DNA of 64,000 nt. Source: Thecamonas trahens ATCC 50062 (lineage: Eukaryota > Protista > Apusomonadida). The notes beneath the pieces are model-generated. The model ran no database searches. It worked only from the letters and a program-made list of their open reading frames with translations, and was not told the origin of the DNA. Both the position numbers and the translations under genes were made by a program. The DNA lies in NCBI RefSeq assembly GCF_000142905.1, contig NW_013657647.1, positions 124,001 through 188,000 on the forward strand, in the 5' to 3' direction. Position 1 is the first letter of the stretch; every line of letters starts with the position of its first letter. Shown in pieces: positions 1-9,280 of this stretch.

Positions 1-1116
1 CCGCCTGCTGGCGTCTTTAAGTCACCGTCGGACGCCTTGCAGGCCATTCCAGACGAGTCCGCCATGGCCGAGTGGAGCGCGCTGGCTGGTATGGTGAGTG
101 GGGTGCGGTCGATCCGCTCGAGCTCGGCATCGTCCCATTCGACCCAGAGCTCGTTTTCGTCAACCGGGAGCCGATCGCATTGCAGCTCGTCAAGCACGCC
201 GTCGTACTCGGACTCGGAGTCCGCGTCGGACTCTGCCGACACTGCACACGAGCGGCCCGACTCTGACGACGACAACGACGCCGCCGGTGTCTTCGAGGCC
301 GACATCTCTGGCCTCATGCATCAGATGTCCGGCGACCAGATTGCGAACAACAGCTGTGGCAAGCCGAGCAAGTACGCCATGCCGCCGGCTAGCTTCAACA
401 CCACCATGGAGGAGGTCAACTTGGTGCTCTCGGCGGCGCTCGGCGAGTCAACAAAGCTGTCGCCGCGGTCGCCGCGGCCTCGGCTCACGCCGCGCAACAA
501 CGGCGAGCCGTTGCTCACGTCTCGGAGCTCCAAGAGCTCGGGCCGGAACACGCCAAAGGTGGTGGTCGGCTCGCCAGTCCTTGCGGGCGTCCACATCTCG
601 ACGCCATCATCGAACCCGCTCAACATGTCGTTTTCGGCTGTGAACCTGCATGAGACGTCAGCAGCGGCCGACGAGGCACTCCGGGCTCCACGCGCTCCAC
701 GGTTTGCCATGGCGGCGTCGACCACCTCGTCTCGCACCCCGATTGATCTGCTCAAGTATGTGGGCAGCAAACTTGCCGAGCTCTCGTCCGAGTACGTAGT
801 GGAGCACTTGCAGTGGACCTTTTCCTGCTATCACATCTCGTCCGAGCTGGGTCAGTTGCTCTCCGGCGAGGCGAGCTCGTCGCCGGCGCAGACCTCGCTT
901 GACAACATCATGTCGCCGTCGTCGCTGATGAGCCCGGTCTCAGCCACGCCTCTTGCGTTCACCATCGAGATCTGCCTTGTGCGCAATCTGGCACTCTCCG
1001 GTCTCAAGTTCCGCCGGCTACAGGGCTCACCGTGGGAGTACAAGCGCCGGCTGGGAGAGCTTCTAGAGCACGTCGGCCTTGCCAACGAGGGCAGCGCTGC
1101 TACGCCGTCCGGATAA
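1..1116 (+). CDS. 3' part of an AMPK-related (MARK/PAR-1/KIN1/MELK-type) protein kinase with a C-terminal KA1 domain; 5' end lies outside the window
   Basis: Frame is open from base 1. Ser-rich linker followed by LAFTIEICLVRNLALSGLKFRRLQGSPWEYKRRLGELL, matching the KA1 consensus (FEIEVC...GxxFKRIxGxxWxYK). The kinase domain itself is not in the window. Confidence 0.75.
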   Translation, partial: PPAGVFKSPSDALQAIPDESAMAEWSALAGMVSGVRSIRSSSASSHSTQSSFSSTGSRSHCSSSSTPSYSDSESASDSADTAHERPDSDDDNDAAGVFEADISGLMHQMSGDQIANNSCGKPSKYAMPPASFNTTMEEVNLVLSAALGESTKLSPRSPRPRLTPRNNGEPLLTSRSSKSSGRNTPKVVVGSPVLAGVHISTPSSNPLNMSFSAVNLHETSAAADEALRAPRAPRFAMAASTTSSRTPIDLLKYVGSKLAELSSEYVVEHLQWTFSCYHISSELGQLLSGEASSSPAQTSLDNIMSPSSLMSPVSATPLAFTIEICLVRNLALSGLKFRRLQGSPWEYKRRLGELLEHVGLANEGSAATPSG

Positions 1117-1129
1117 AAGAACACTTGTT

Positions 1130-4100
1130 TTACTCCGCTGCGAGAACGGTTGGCATCGCAGAGTGGACGACGTCAAGAAGGTCGGCCTTGAGCGGCAGGA
1201 GGTCGGTCATCATCTCAATCAGCTCGTCGACCGGAACGGTGACTCCCCCGTCTTCCGAGTTGTCACGCGCCTCATCCTCGGCGTCGGCCGGAGCCGAGCC
1301 CAGGGCAACGAGAAAGGCAGCAGCGCGCTTGATGGACAACGCCGCGCCCTCGCCACCGAGCCGGTCGCGGATTGAATCCACTGTTGGCTCGCCAGCGGGC
1401 TCGTCGGCCAGAGCTAGCATAGCCGGGATTGCCGCCAGCACCTTGGCGCGGGCATCGCTGTCCGGCATGGCGCCCATAAAGTCGTCAAGCATCTCGACCA
1501 GCTCGGCCGTCGGCACAACGCCGCCTTCAGCAAGCTCGGCGGCCTCGGACTCGTCCGATCCCATCGCACTCACAAACAGCGCAGCCTGGGCAATGGAGAG
1601 GTTCGCCGGAAGGTCCGCCAGTGTTGCACCCAGTGCGTCATCACCTGAGTTCGACCCTTCGGCCAGAAGCGCGGCAACATCGTCGCCATCTTCGTCAGAG
1701 TCGGAATCTGAGCCAGCGGCCGCGAGGAGGGCAGCGACATCGTCGTCGTCAGAGTCCGATTCTGTCTCGTCGGCATCGACAGCGGCGGCTGCTGCAGCCG
1801 CAGTGGCATCAGAAGATTCAGAGTCGCCAGCAAGCAGGGCCAAAGCGCCGTCGTCGCTGTTGGTGTCGATGTCGATAGCGTCAAGGATGGCCGGCAGGGC
1901 TGCGCGAACCTCGTCACGGGCTTCGCTGCCCGGCATGGCGCCTATGAGATCGTCGAGCATCTCGACCAGCTCGGCTGTCTGAACCACGCCGTTCTCAGCC
2001 AGCTCGGTGGCCTCTGACGGGTCCGAGCCCATGGCGGTCACAAACAGCGCGGCCTGGGCAATGGTCAGGGTTGGCGGAAGGTCGTCGAGCGACATTCTGG
2101 TCTCATCGCCAGACTCGTCGGCACCGGCAAGAAGAGCGGCCATGCTGTCAGAATCGGTGGTAGTGTCATCGATGTCCAGCGCAGCAGCGGCCGCAGCGAC
2201 GTCGGCGTCTGAGTCAGTAGTGGCGAGGAGCGCAGCCATGTCGCCCGACTGGGTCGAGTCAAAAGCAGTAGGGCGAGCGTCAACAGTCGAAGAAGCATGC
2301 GTATCCTCTTCAGATTTGGAACCGGCTGCTGCGAGAAGCGCAGCCACATCGTTGTCACCATCGCTCTCGGCGTCAGCATCGGCAGATGCAGCCGCTTCGG
2401 TGATCGCAAGCATGGCCGGAATCGCCGCCAGCACCTTGGTGCGGGCATCGCTGCCCGGCATAGCGCCCATAAGATCGTCGAGCATCTCCACTAGCTCGGC
2501 TGTCGCAACCACGCCATTCTCGACCAGCTCGGCAGCCTCGGACTCGTCCGAGCCCATCGCACTCACAAACAGCGCAGCCTGTGCAACGGAAAGGCTCGCC
2601 GGAAGGTCCGCCAGCGTCGCATTGTTGGCTACCGGCTTGGGGCTGCCGTCGTCAGAGCCGGAGTCGGCTGCTGCGAGGAGTGCCGCCACGTCGTCGTCGC
2701 CATCGCTCTCGGCGTCAGCATTGGCAGATGCGGGGGCGGGGGCGGGGGCGGCGTCATCAGAATCAGAGTCGGCTGCTGCGAGGAGTGCCGCCACGTCGTC
2801 GTCGCCATCGCTCTCGGCGTCAGCATCGGCAGATGCGGGGGCGGGGGCGGGGGCGGCGTCATCAGAATCAGAGTCGGCTGCTGCGAGGAGTGCCGCCACG
2901 TCGTCGTCGCCATCGCTCTCGGCGTCAGCATCGGCAGATGCGGGGACGGGGGTGGGGGCGGCGTCATCAGAATCAGAGTCGGCTGCTGCGATGAGTGCCG
3001 CCACGTCGTCGTCGCCATCGCTCTCGGCGTCAGCATCGGCAGATGCGGGGACGGGGGTGGGGGCGGCGTCATCAGAATCAGAGTCGGCTGCTGCGAGGAG
3101 TGCCGCCACGTCGTCGTCGCCATCGCTCTCGGCGTCAGCATCGGCAGATGCGGGGACGGGGGTGGGGGCGGCGTCATCAGAATCAGAGTCGGCTGCTGCG
3201 AGGAGTGCCGCCACGTCGTCGTCGCCATCGCTCTTGGCGTCAGCATCGGCAGATGCAGCCGCTTCGGTGATCGCAAGCATGGCCGGAATCGCCGCCAGCA
3301 CCTTGGTGCGGGCATCGCTGCCCGGCATAGCGCCCATAAGATCGTCGAGCATCTCCACTAGCTCGGCTGTCGCAACCACGCCATTCTCGACCAGCTCGGC
3401 AGCCTCGGACTCGTCCGAGCCCATCGCACTCACAAACAGCGCAGCCTGTGCAACGGAAAGGCTCGCCGGAAGGTCCGCCAGCGTCGCATTGTTGGCTACT
3501 GGCTTGGGGCTGCCGTCGTCAGAGCCGGAGTCGGCTGCTGCGAGGAGTGCCGCCACGTCGTCGTCGCCATCGCTCTCGGCGTCAGCATCGGCAGATGCGG
3601 GGGCGGGGGCGGGGGCGGCGTCATCAGAATCAGAGTCGGCTGCTGCGATGAGTGCCGCCACGTCGTCGTCGCCATCGCTCTCGGCGTCAGCATCGGCAGA
3701 TGCGGGGGCGGGGGCGGGGCTGGCGTCGTCATAGTCAGAGTCGGCCGCCGCGAGGAGTGCGGCCACATCGTCATCACTAGACTCGCCCTCTGCCTCGACC
3801 TCAGCTTCGGTCTCACCCTCCTCCAACGCAGCAGCCTCAGCCTCGGCAGCCGCAGCAGCCTCGGCCTCGGCCAACGCAGCAGCCTCAGCCTCAGCCTCAG
3901 CCTCGGCAGCCGCAGCAGCCTCAGCCTCGGCCAACGCAGCAGCCTCAGCCTCAGCCATCGCAGCAGCCTCAGCCTCAGCCTCAGCCAACGCAGCAGCCTC
4001 AGCCTCGGCCAACGCAGCAGCCTCAGCCTCAGCCATCGCAGCAGCCTCAGCCTCAGCCTCAGCCAACGCAGTAGCCTCAGCCTCAGCCATCGCAGTAGCC

Positions 4101-7100
4101 TCAGCCTCAGCCTCAGCCAACGCAGTAGCCTCAGCCTCAGCCATCGCAGTAGCCTCAGCCTCAGCCTCAGCCAACGCAGCAGCCTCAGCCTCGGCAGCAG
4201 CAGCAGCCTCAGCCTCAGCCAACGCAGCAGCCTCAGCCTCGGCAGCCGCAGCAGCCTCGGCCTCGGCCAACGCAGCAGCCTCAGCCTCAGCCTCAGCCTC
4301 GGCAGCCACAGCAGCCTCAGCCTCAGCCTCAGCCTCAGCCTCGGCAGCCACAGCAGCCTCAGCCTCAGCCAACGCAGCAGCCTCAGCCTCAGCCATCGCA
4401 GCAGCCTCAGCCTCAGCCTCAGCCAACGCAGTAGCCTCAGCCTCAGCCATCGCAGTAGCCTCAGCCTCAGCCTCAGCCAACGCAGCAGCCTCAGCCTCGG
4501 CAGCAGCAGCAGCCTCAGCCTCAGCCAACGCAGCAGCCTCAGCCTCAGTCAACGCAGCAGCCTCAGCCTCAGCCTCAGCCAACGCAGTAGCCTCAGCCTC
4601 GGCAGCCGCAGCAGCCTCAGCCTCGGCCAACGCAGCAGCCTCAGCCTCAGCCATCGCAGCAGCCTCAGCCTCAGCCTCAGCCAACGCAGCAGCCTCAGCC
4701 TCAGCCTCAGCCAACGCAGTAGCCTCAGCCTCGGCAGCAGCAGCAGCCTCAGCCTCAGCAGCAGCCTCAGCCTCAGCCTCAGCCATCGCAGCAGCCTCAG
4801 CCTCAGCCTCAGCCAACGCAGTAGCCTCAGCCTCGGCAGCCGCAGCAGCCTCAGCCTCGGCCAACGCAGCAGCCTCAGCCTCAGCCATCGCAGCAGCCTC
4901 AGCCTCAGCCTCAGCCAACGCAGCAGCCTCAGCCTCAGCCTCAGCCAACGCAGTAGCCTCAGCCTCGGCAGCAGCAGCAGCCTCAGCCTCAGCCTCGGCA
5001 TCCGCAGCAGCCTCAGCCTCAGCCAACGCAGCAGCCTCGGCCTCGGCAGCCTCGGCCTCGGCCTTCGCCGCTGCACGCTCGGCTTCCAGCTCCCGCTCGC
5101 GTTCGGCCTCGCTCTCGGCGAGCGCATCGGCAGCAGCACGCCGCCGCGCCATCATGGCCGCCACTTCCTCTTCACCCTTACGCGCTTGCTCTGCAGTAAC
5201 TTGCTCTGTCGCCAAATGCTCATCATCGTCACTCGAGTCTCCGCTCGCTGCCGAGTCACTGCCGCCACCGTCACCGGCCTCAAGGCTCCCGTCGTCCACA
5301 GCGCCGACAATGGCAGGCACTGCATCAAACAGCGACTCGACAACGTTGACCTTGCGAAGTCGTGGCAGCGCCGAAAGCAGCTGTCTCAGCGACGTCTCCA
5401 GGTGTGCAAGTGCCACGCGCCCGTCATCGCCCCGCAGCGACCTTGCCTCTTCAACAGCGTCAGTGCGTCCAGAGCCCAGCGCACGGTAAAACTCCACTGC
5501 CTGCGCAATGTTAACAGAGCCGGGCGCCGACACCTGCTCCTCAATCTCCCGCATCAATCCCTCCACAGTCACCGTGCGGCCCTTGCCTAGGGCCTGCAGT
5601 TCGAGTAGCTTGGTATCGACCATCGCCAGGACGCTGGCGTCAGCGGAATAGGCCACAGATGCAAGCATGTCAACCACGGCATGATTGGCAGCCCGCGTCC
5701 CGTCGGCCACATCACACAGCTCGGCTGCAGACTCAACCGCAGCCTCGTTTTCCGTCCCCATCGCCTCCAGCACGCCCACCAGCTGCGCCCGCGAGATCGA
5801 GCCAGCATCTTCGACATCAAGCGCTGAGATGAGCGCAGATGCCCGCGCGCGCACCGCCTTGTCTTGCTCCATGCTCAGCGTTGTGTCCACTGTATCGAGC
5901 AGGTGAAGCACTTCAGCGACAGATGAGTCGGTTTCCGATCCGCCGTCGCCGTCCGTCACATCCATGGCCTCGTTAACTACGTCGTCCACATCGCCAACAT
6001 ACACTCCTTGCTCCAGCGCCGGTCGCAACACGTCTTCGTACACAATCCGACCCAGGCTGCCCGATCCGCTCGCAGACGAGCCTGCCTGCTTGCCTAGCAT
6101 GGCCGCCATCGTGCCAAACAACCCCGGGTTGGCCTGCGCCAGCCGAGCAGCCCGCTTCTGTGCCGCGCCCGCAGACACACCCGACACTTCCAGTAGAGCC
6201 GCAGCCATCGCCATCTTGCCGGCAGCGTCGTCGCTCACCAGTGCTGCAGCCTCGGCCTCGGCCAGTGCTACAGCAAGCGCATGAGCCACAATCGGACCAG
6301 CCGCACTGGTGCCGCTACTGATCGGCTTGGCGCCCGCGAACGCCAGCGCCGAGTTGAGCGCCTCTTGCAGCCGGTTGTTCTCGGCAGTAAGAAGCGCTAC
6401 ACGCCCCTGCGCCCCGTCGACAAGCTCCTGTACATGTTTGAGCTGGGCCGTGAGATCCTGGTTCGTCTTCATGAGGTCGTCAATGACCACATCGCGCGCG
6501 CCAACCTCGACCACCGCACCCTTGCGCGCGCTTGATGCCTCGCGAAGCGCCGCCTTGAGCTCGGAAATCCGCGCCTTAAGCTTCTTGATCTCCAACGCGT
6601 GGAACGAGGACGAGACCGTTGGCCCCGCTTGTACCTTGCGTGCCCCGCCACCGCCGCCGCTATTCCCGCCCGAGGCCTTGGCGCTCCGTTCGCGCAGCTC
6701 TTCCAGCCGCTCCTTGAACGTGTGCTTGAGCTTGCGCTCGCGCTTGAGTAGTGCCGTCAGGTCTTCCCGTGATGACTTGGCTGCCTCCAGCGACTCCTTT
6801 TGCGACTCGATGACCACATTCTGTCGCTCACGCTCGGCCTCCAGCTCGCGGATTCGCGCTCGCAGCCGATCAACCCTGGTTGTCAGCGCCGCCACCGACC
6901 GCGAACCTCCGCTGCTGCCGCCGCTGCCGCTGCCACCCCGGCTCTTGCGATGCTGCCGTCCCGGTGGCGCCGCCGCCGCAAACACTTCGGCGCGCGGCGT
7001 CGGTGCCTCCACTCGGCTGCCAAATGATGGCCTCTGCGTGAGCGCCTTTCTCCGGCCGGCCCCAGTCTGCCTCGGAACCTGGCTCAAACCCCCACCCGAC

Positions 7101-7630
7101 TTTGCCGGAGGTAGGCGGCTCGACCGTGCCGGTGAGAGGACCGGCGGAGCGACCGGCGGCGACGAATCGCGAGGATACCCTATGTTGGCGCCACGACTTG
7201 CCGATGCCTGGCTGCGGAGGACAGGCGAGACCGAGAGAGAGACCGGCCGAGCATAGCCAAAGCCGGGGGCAGCTCCGCCCCCGCCATACCCGACATCGCT
7301 TTGCTGACCTCTATACGGCGACGAGGTAACGATGCCCGAAGCTTGCTGCGGATACGGACCATAACCCGCCGCGGCATCCATCCCAGCATAACCATACCCA
7401 CCCGACCCAGCATAGCTTGTCGCCGGCCTCCCACCGTACGATCCGTCTCCAGCCATGCCACTCGCCCCGCCAGCAGCTGCGACAGAGGCTGGACTCTGCA
7501 ACTTTGCGGCAATTTGGTCAAGACGCGCATGGAGGGAGGTGAGGGAGGCAGAGAGTTCTGAAGCGGTCTTCCCGCCAGTGCCACTACCACTACCACCCAC
7601 TCTACCTGTACGTCCTCTGCGACTCGACAT
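1130..7630 (-). CDS. Giant (2166 aa) acidic low-complexity protein: N-terminal coiled coil, Ala/Glu repeat tract, Asp-rich 35-aa repeats and repeated degenerate EF-hand-like modules
   Basis: Uninterrupted 6.5-kb ORF with ATG start. Heptad-like region (RVDRLRARIRELEAERE...), (AEAEAAAL)n tract, and repeated LPASLSVAQAALFVSAMGSDESEAAELVENGVVATAELVEMLDDL modules. Confidence 0.8.
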   Translation of the reverse strand: MSSRRGRTGRVGGSGSGTGGKTASELSASLTSLHARLDQIAAKLQSPASVAAAGGASGMAGDGSYGGRPATSYAGSGGYGYAGMDAAAGYGPYPQQASGIVTSSPYRGQQSDVGYGGGGAAPGFGYARPVSLSVSPVLRSQASASRGANIGYPRDSSPPVAPPVLSPARSSRLPPAKSGGGLSQVPRQTGAGRRKALTQRPSFGSRVEAPTPRAEVFAAAAPPGRQHRKSRGGSGSGGSSGGSRSVAALTTRVDRLRARIRELEAERERQNVVIESQKESLEAAKSSREDLTALLKRERKLKHTFKERLEELRERSAKASGGNSGGGGGARKVQAGPTVSSSFHALEIKKLKARISELKAALREASSARKGAVVEVGARDVVIDDLMKTNQDLTAQLKHVQELVDGAQGRVALLTAENNRLQEALNSALAFAGAKPISSGTSAAGPIVAHALAVALAEAEAAALVSDDAAGKMAMAAALLEVSGVSAGAAQKRAARLAQANPGLFGTMAAMLGKQAGSSASGSGSLGRIVYEDVLRPALEQGVYVGDVDDVVNEAMDVTDGDGGSETDSSVAEVLHLLDTVDTTLSMEQDKAVRARASALISALDVEDAGSISRAQLVGVLEAMGTENEAAVESAAELCDVADGTRAANHAVVDMLASVAYSADASVLAMVDTKLLELQALGKGRTVTVEGLMREIEEQVSAPGSVNIAQAVEFYRALGSGRTDAVEEARSLRGDDGRVALAHLETSLRQLLSALPRLRKVNVVESLFDAVPAIVGAVDDGSLEAGDGGGSDSAASGDSSDDDEHLATEQVTAEQARKGEEEVAAMMARRRAAADALAESEAERERELEAERAAAKAEAEAAEAEAAALAEAEAAADAEAEAEAAAAAEAEATALAEAEAEAAALAEAEAEAAAMAEAEAAALAEAEAAAAAEAEATALAEAEAEAAAMAEAEAEAAAEAEAAAAAEAEATALAEAEAEAAALAEAEAEAAAMAEAEAAALAEAEAAAAAEAEATALAEAEAEAAALTEAEAAALAEAEAAAAAEAEAAALAEAEAEATAMAEAEATALAEAEAEAAAMAEAEAAALAEAEAAVAAEAEAEAEAEAAVAAEAEAEAEAAALAEAEAAAAAEAEAAALAEAEAAAAAEAEAAALAEAEAEATAMAEAEATALAEAEAEATAMAEAEATALAEAEAEAAAMAEAEAAALAEAEAAALAEAEAEAAAMAEAEAAALAEAEAAAAAEAEAEAEAAALAEAEAAAAAEAEAAALEEGETEAEVEAEGESSDDDVAALLAAADSDYDDASPAPAPASADADAESDGDDDVAALIAAADSDSDDAAPAPAPASADADAESDGDDDVAALLAAADSGSDDGSPKPVANNATLADLPASLSVAQAALFVSAMGSDESEAAELVENGVVATAELVEMLDDLMGAMPGSDARTKVLAAIPAMLAITEAAASADADAKSDGDDDVAALLAAADSDSDDAAPTPVPASADADAESDGDDDVAALLAAADSDSDDAAPTPVPASADADAESDGDDDVAALIAAADSDSDDAAPTPVPASADADAESDGDDDVAALLAAADSDSDDAAPAPAPASADADAESDGDDDVAALLAAADSDSDDAAPAPAPASANADAESDGDDDVAALLAAADSGSDDGSPKPVANNATLADLPASLSVAQAALFVSAMGSDESEAAELVENGVVATAELVEMLDDLMGAMPGSDARTKVLAAIPAMLAITEAAASADADAESDGDNDVAALLAAAGSKSEEDTHASSTVDARPTAFDSTQSGDMAALLATTDSDADVAAAAAALDIDDTTTDSDSMAALLAGADESGDETRMSLDDLPPTLTIAQAALFVTAMGSDPSEATELAENGVVQTAELVEMLDDLIGAMPGSEARDEVRAALPAILDAIDIDTNSDDGALALLAGDSESSDATAAAAAAAVDADETESDSDDDDVAALLAAAGSDSDSDEDGDDVAALLAEGSNSGDDALGATLADLPANLSIAQAALFVSAMGSDESEAAELAEGGVVPTAELVEMLDDFMGAMPDSDARAKVLAAIPAMLALADEPAGEPTVDSIRDRLGGEGAALSIKRAAAFLVALGSAPADAEDEARDNSEDGGVTVPVDELIEMMTDLLPLKADLLDVVHSAMPTVLAAE
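2350..3760. repeat. Coding tandem repeats of 105 bp (35 aa) nested within an 867-bp-period duplication
   Basis: catcgctctcggcgtcagca recurs at 2701 and 2806 (105 bp apart) and onward. The block at 2581 recurs near-identically at 3448. Confidence 0.9.
3830..5065. repeat. Coding low-complexity tract built of gcctca / gcagca units (Ala-Glu repeats on the minus strand)
   Basis: Directly visible array of gcctcagcctcagccaacgcagca variants. Confidence 0.95.
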
Positions 7631-7744
7631 TGATATATACTCTTGAATGTAGTCGAGTCTATCCCCTCCTCTCCGACACCCTCCTCACTGCGCACTGACC
7701 GACCAACCGACTGACTGACCCAACGACCGACCGCACCACCTGAT

Positions 7745-7746
<2 letters not shown>

Positions 7747-7778
<32 letters not shown>

Positions 7779-7977
7779 TGGATGCACATCGCACTCTGTA
7801 TACTCTTGCACAAGCGTCTCTATTCTTAGCGTTGGTACGCTGGGATGGTCCAGTGTCCAGTCCATGAGTTCATGATCAGGACTTGCCCTTTTCACTACAC
7901 CCACCCAACAGCCCATCCATTCATCCATCATCCATCACATGACCGAGTCGTACCCTCGGTCTGCCGAGTGACACACA

Positions 7978-8022
<45 letters not shown>

Positions 8023-8061
8023 ACACACACACATACACATACACCTCTCCCCCCCCCCCCC
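7747..8061. promoter_or_regulatory. Divergent (bidirectional) promoter region with a poly(G) run, a (CA)n microsatellite and a poly(C) run
   Basis: Lies between divergent starts at 7630(-) and 8103(+). G-run at 7747-7777, (CA)n at about 7971-8045, C-run at 8049-8061. Promoter function is inferred from position. Confidence 0.45.
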
Positions 8062-8102
8062 TCCACACACACACCTCCTACTTGGAAAACACAACAGAAG
8101 CC

Positions 8103-9259
8103 ATGTCCGCAGAGCGTGTGCTGTCTGCAACAGAGATTCCGGATTTTGTGCAGGAGGCCGAGGTAGAGGCAGCCGAGACGTACCCGGACGGGGCGGGAGC
8201 ATGCTCCCATCCAGAGGGCTATGTCCGCCAGTCTGTCTACGTTTGTTTCACCTGTCTACCCAATGCAGGAGAATACGGTGGTTTTTGTGAGGCATGCGCT
8301 GTCTCCTGTCATACCGATCACGATGTGCGGCCCATCTGGGACCGTAGAGGCTTCCGATGCGACTGTGGCACGCCGGCCATGGGCGGCTCAAAGTGCTACG
8401 CCTCGGCTGATGCGCCTGGTGAGGCCATCGAGCGGGCAAGCAACCCGTTCAATCGATACAACGACAACTTTCGGGAAGTGTACTGCTCTTGCAAGAAGCA
8501 GTACGATCCGCAGGCTGAGGAGGACATGCTCCAGTGTCCGTTCTGTGAGGACTGGTTCCATCTCTCCTGTCTACTGCTCAGCTGGCCAGAAGCCATTCCC
8601 AAACCCGATCTCTCACAGCAATTTGCCCGCATCGCCTGTGCTGCATGCACCTCCGAGTACTACCCGCGCTTCCTCGGCTTTGTTGCCCCGGTTCCCGGCC
8701 TGCCTACTCCCAAGCGCGTCGCTAGCGACGACATCGGCCCGTCGGCCAAAAAGGCCAAGACGTCGACCATCACCTCTCTGGCCACCGGTGCCTCTAGTGG
8801 CAATGGCAATGGTGATGAGAGCTCCAGCGTGACGTGCAAGTACGCCGGGACCAAGATCGAGCCGCCGCCGCACGGCGTCTTTGCCGCCTGCCGGCCGACT
8901 GGCTCTCCCAGCTGTGCACCTGCCGCTCCTGTGTCGAGTTCTACGCAAGCTCGCCCGCCACCGACTTTTTGCTCAAGGAGAGCGAGGACCAAAGCCCGCT
9001 CGAGCCCGAGTCGGACCACCTCGTGCAAATGGATGTGACGTCAATGATGAGGAATGCCCTCCGCAAGTTTACTGAGACCCTCATGCCAGGTCAGGACGCT
9101 GCGCTCACTGTCGCGATCCAGGCCTTTTCCGAGGCCATCCGCAACGCCTTGGCTCCGTTCGCCGACTCTCAGCAGATCATCACCGAACAGCAGATGCGTA
9201 CAATCACCGCAGAGGCTGCTTCCGCCGCCCAGGTGGCGCTCGCCGGCTTCCTTAGTTGA
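8103..9259 (+). CDS. UBR7: UBR7-like E3 ubiquitin ligase (UBR-box zinc finger + PHD finger); one apparent frameshift near 8880-8890
   Basis: CSHPEGYVRQSVYVCFTC...CEACAVSCHTDH...RRGFRCDCG (UBR box); NRYNDNFREVYCSCKKQY...MLQCPFCEDWFHLSC (PHD). The conserved WxxxLCxCxxC motif (DWLSQLCTCRSC) continues in the -1 frame to TGA at 9259. Confidence 0.85.
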
Positions 9260-9280
9260 GGTCAACTTCCTCAGTTGAGA

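Noticed and set aside
7845-8102. N-terminal extension of UBR7 given in the ORF track (similarly 13297-13545, 15274-15585, 44773-44964)
   Set aside because: These translate microsatellite, homopolymer or UTR-like sequence; downstream ATGs are more plausible starts.
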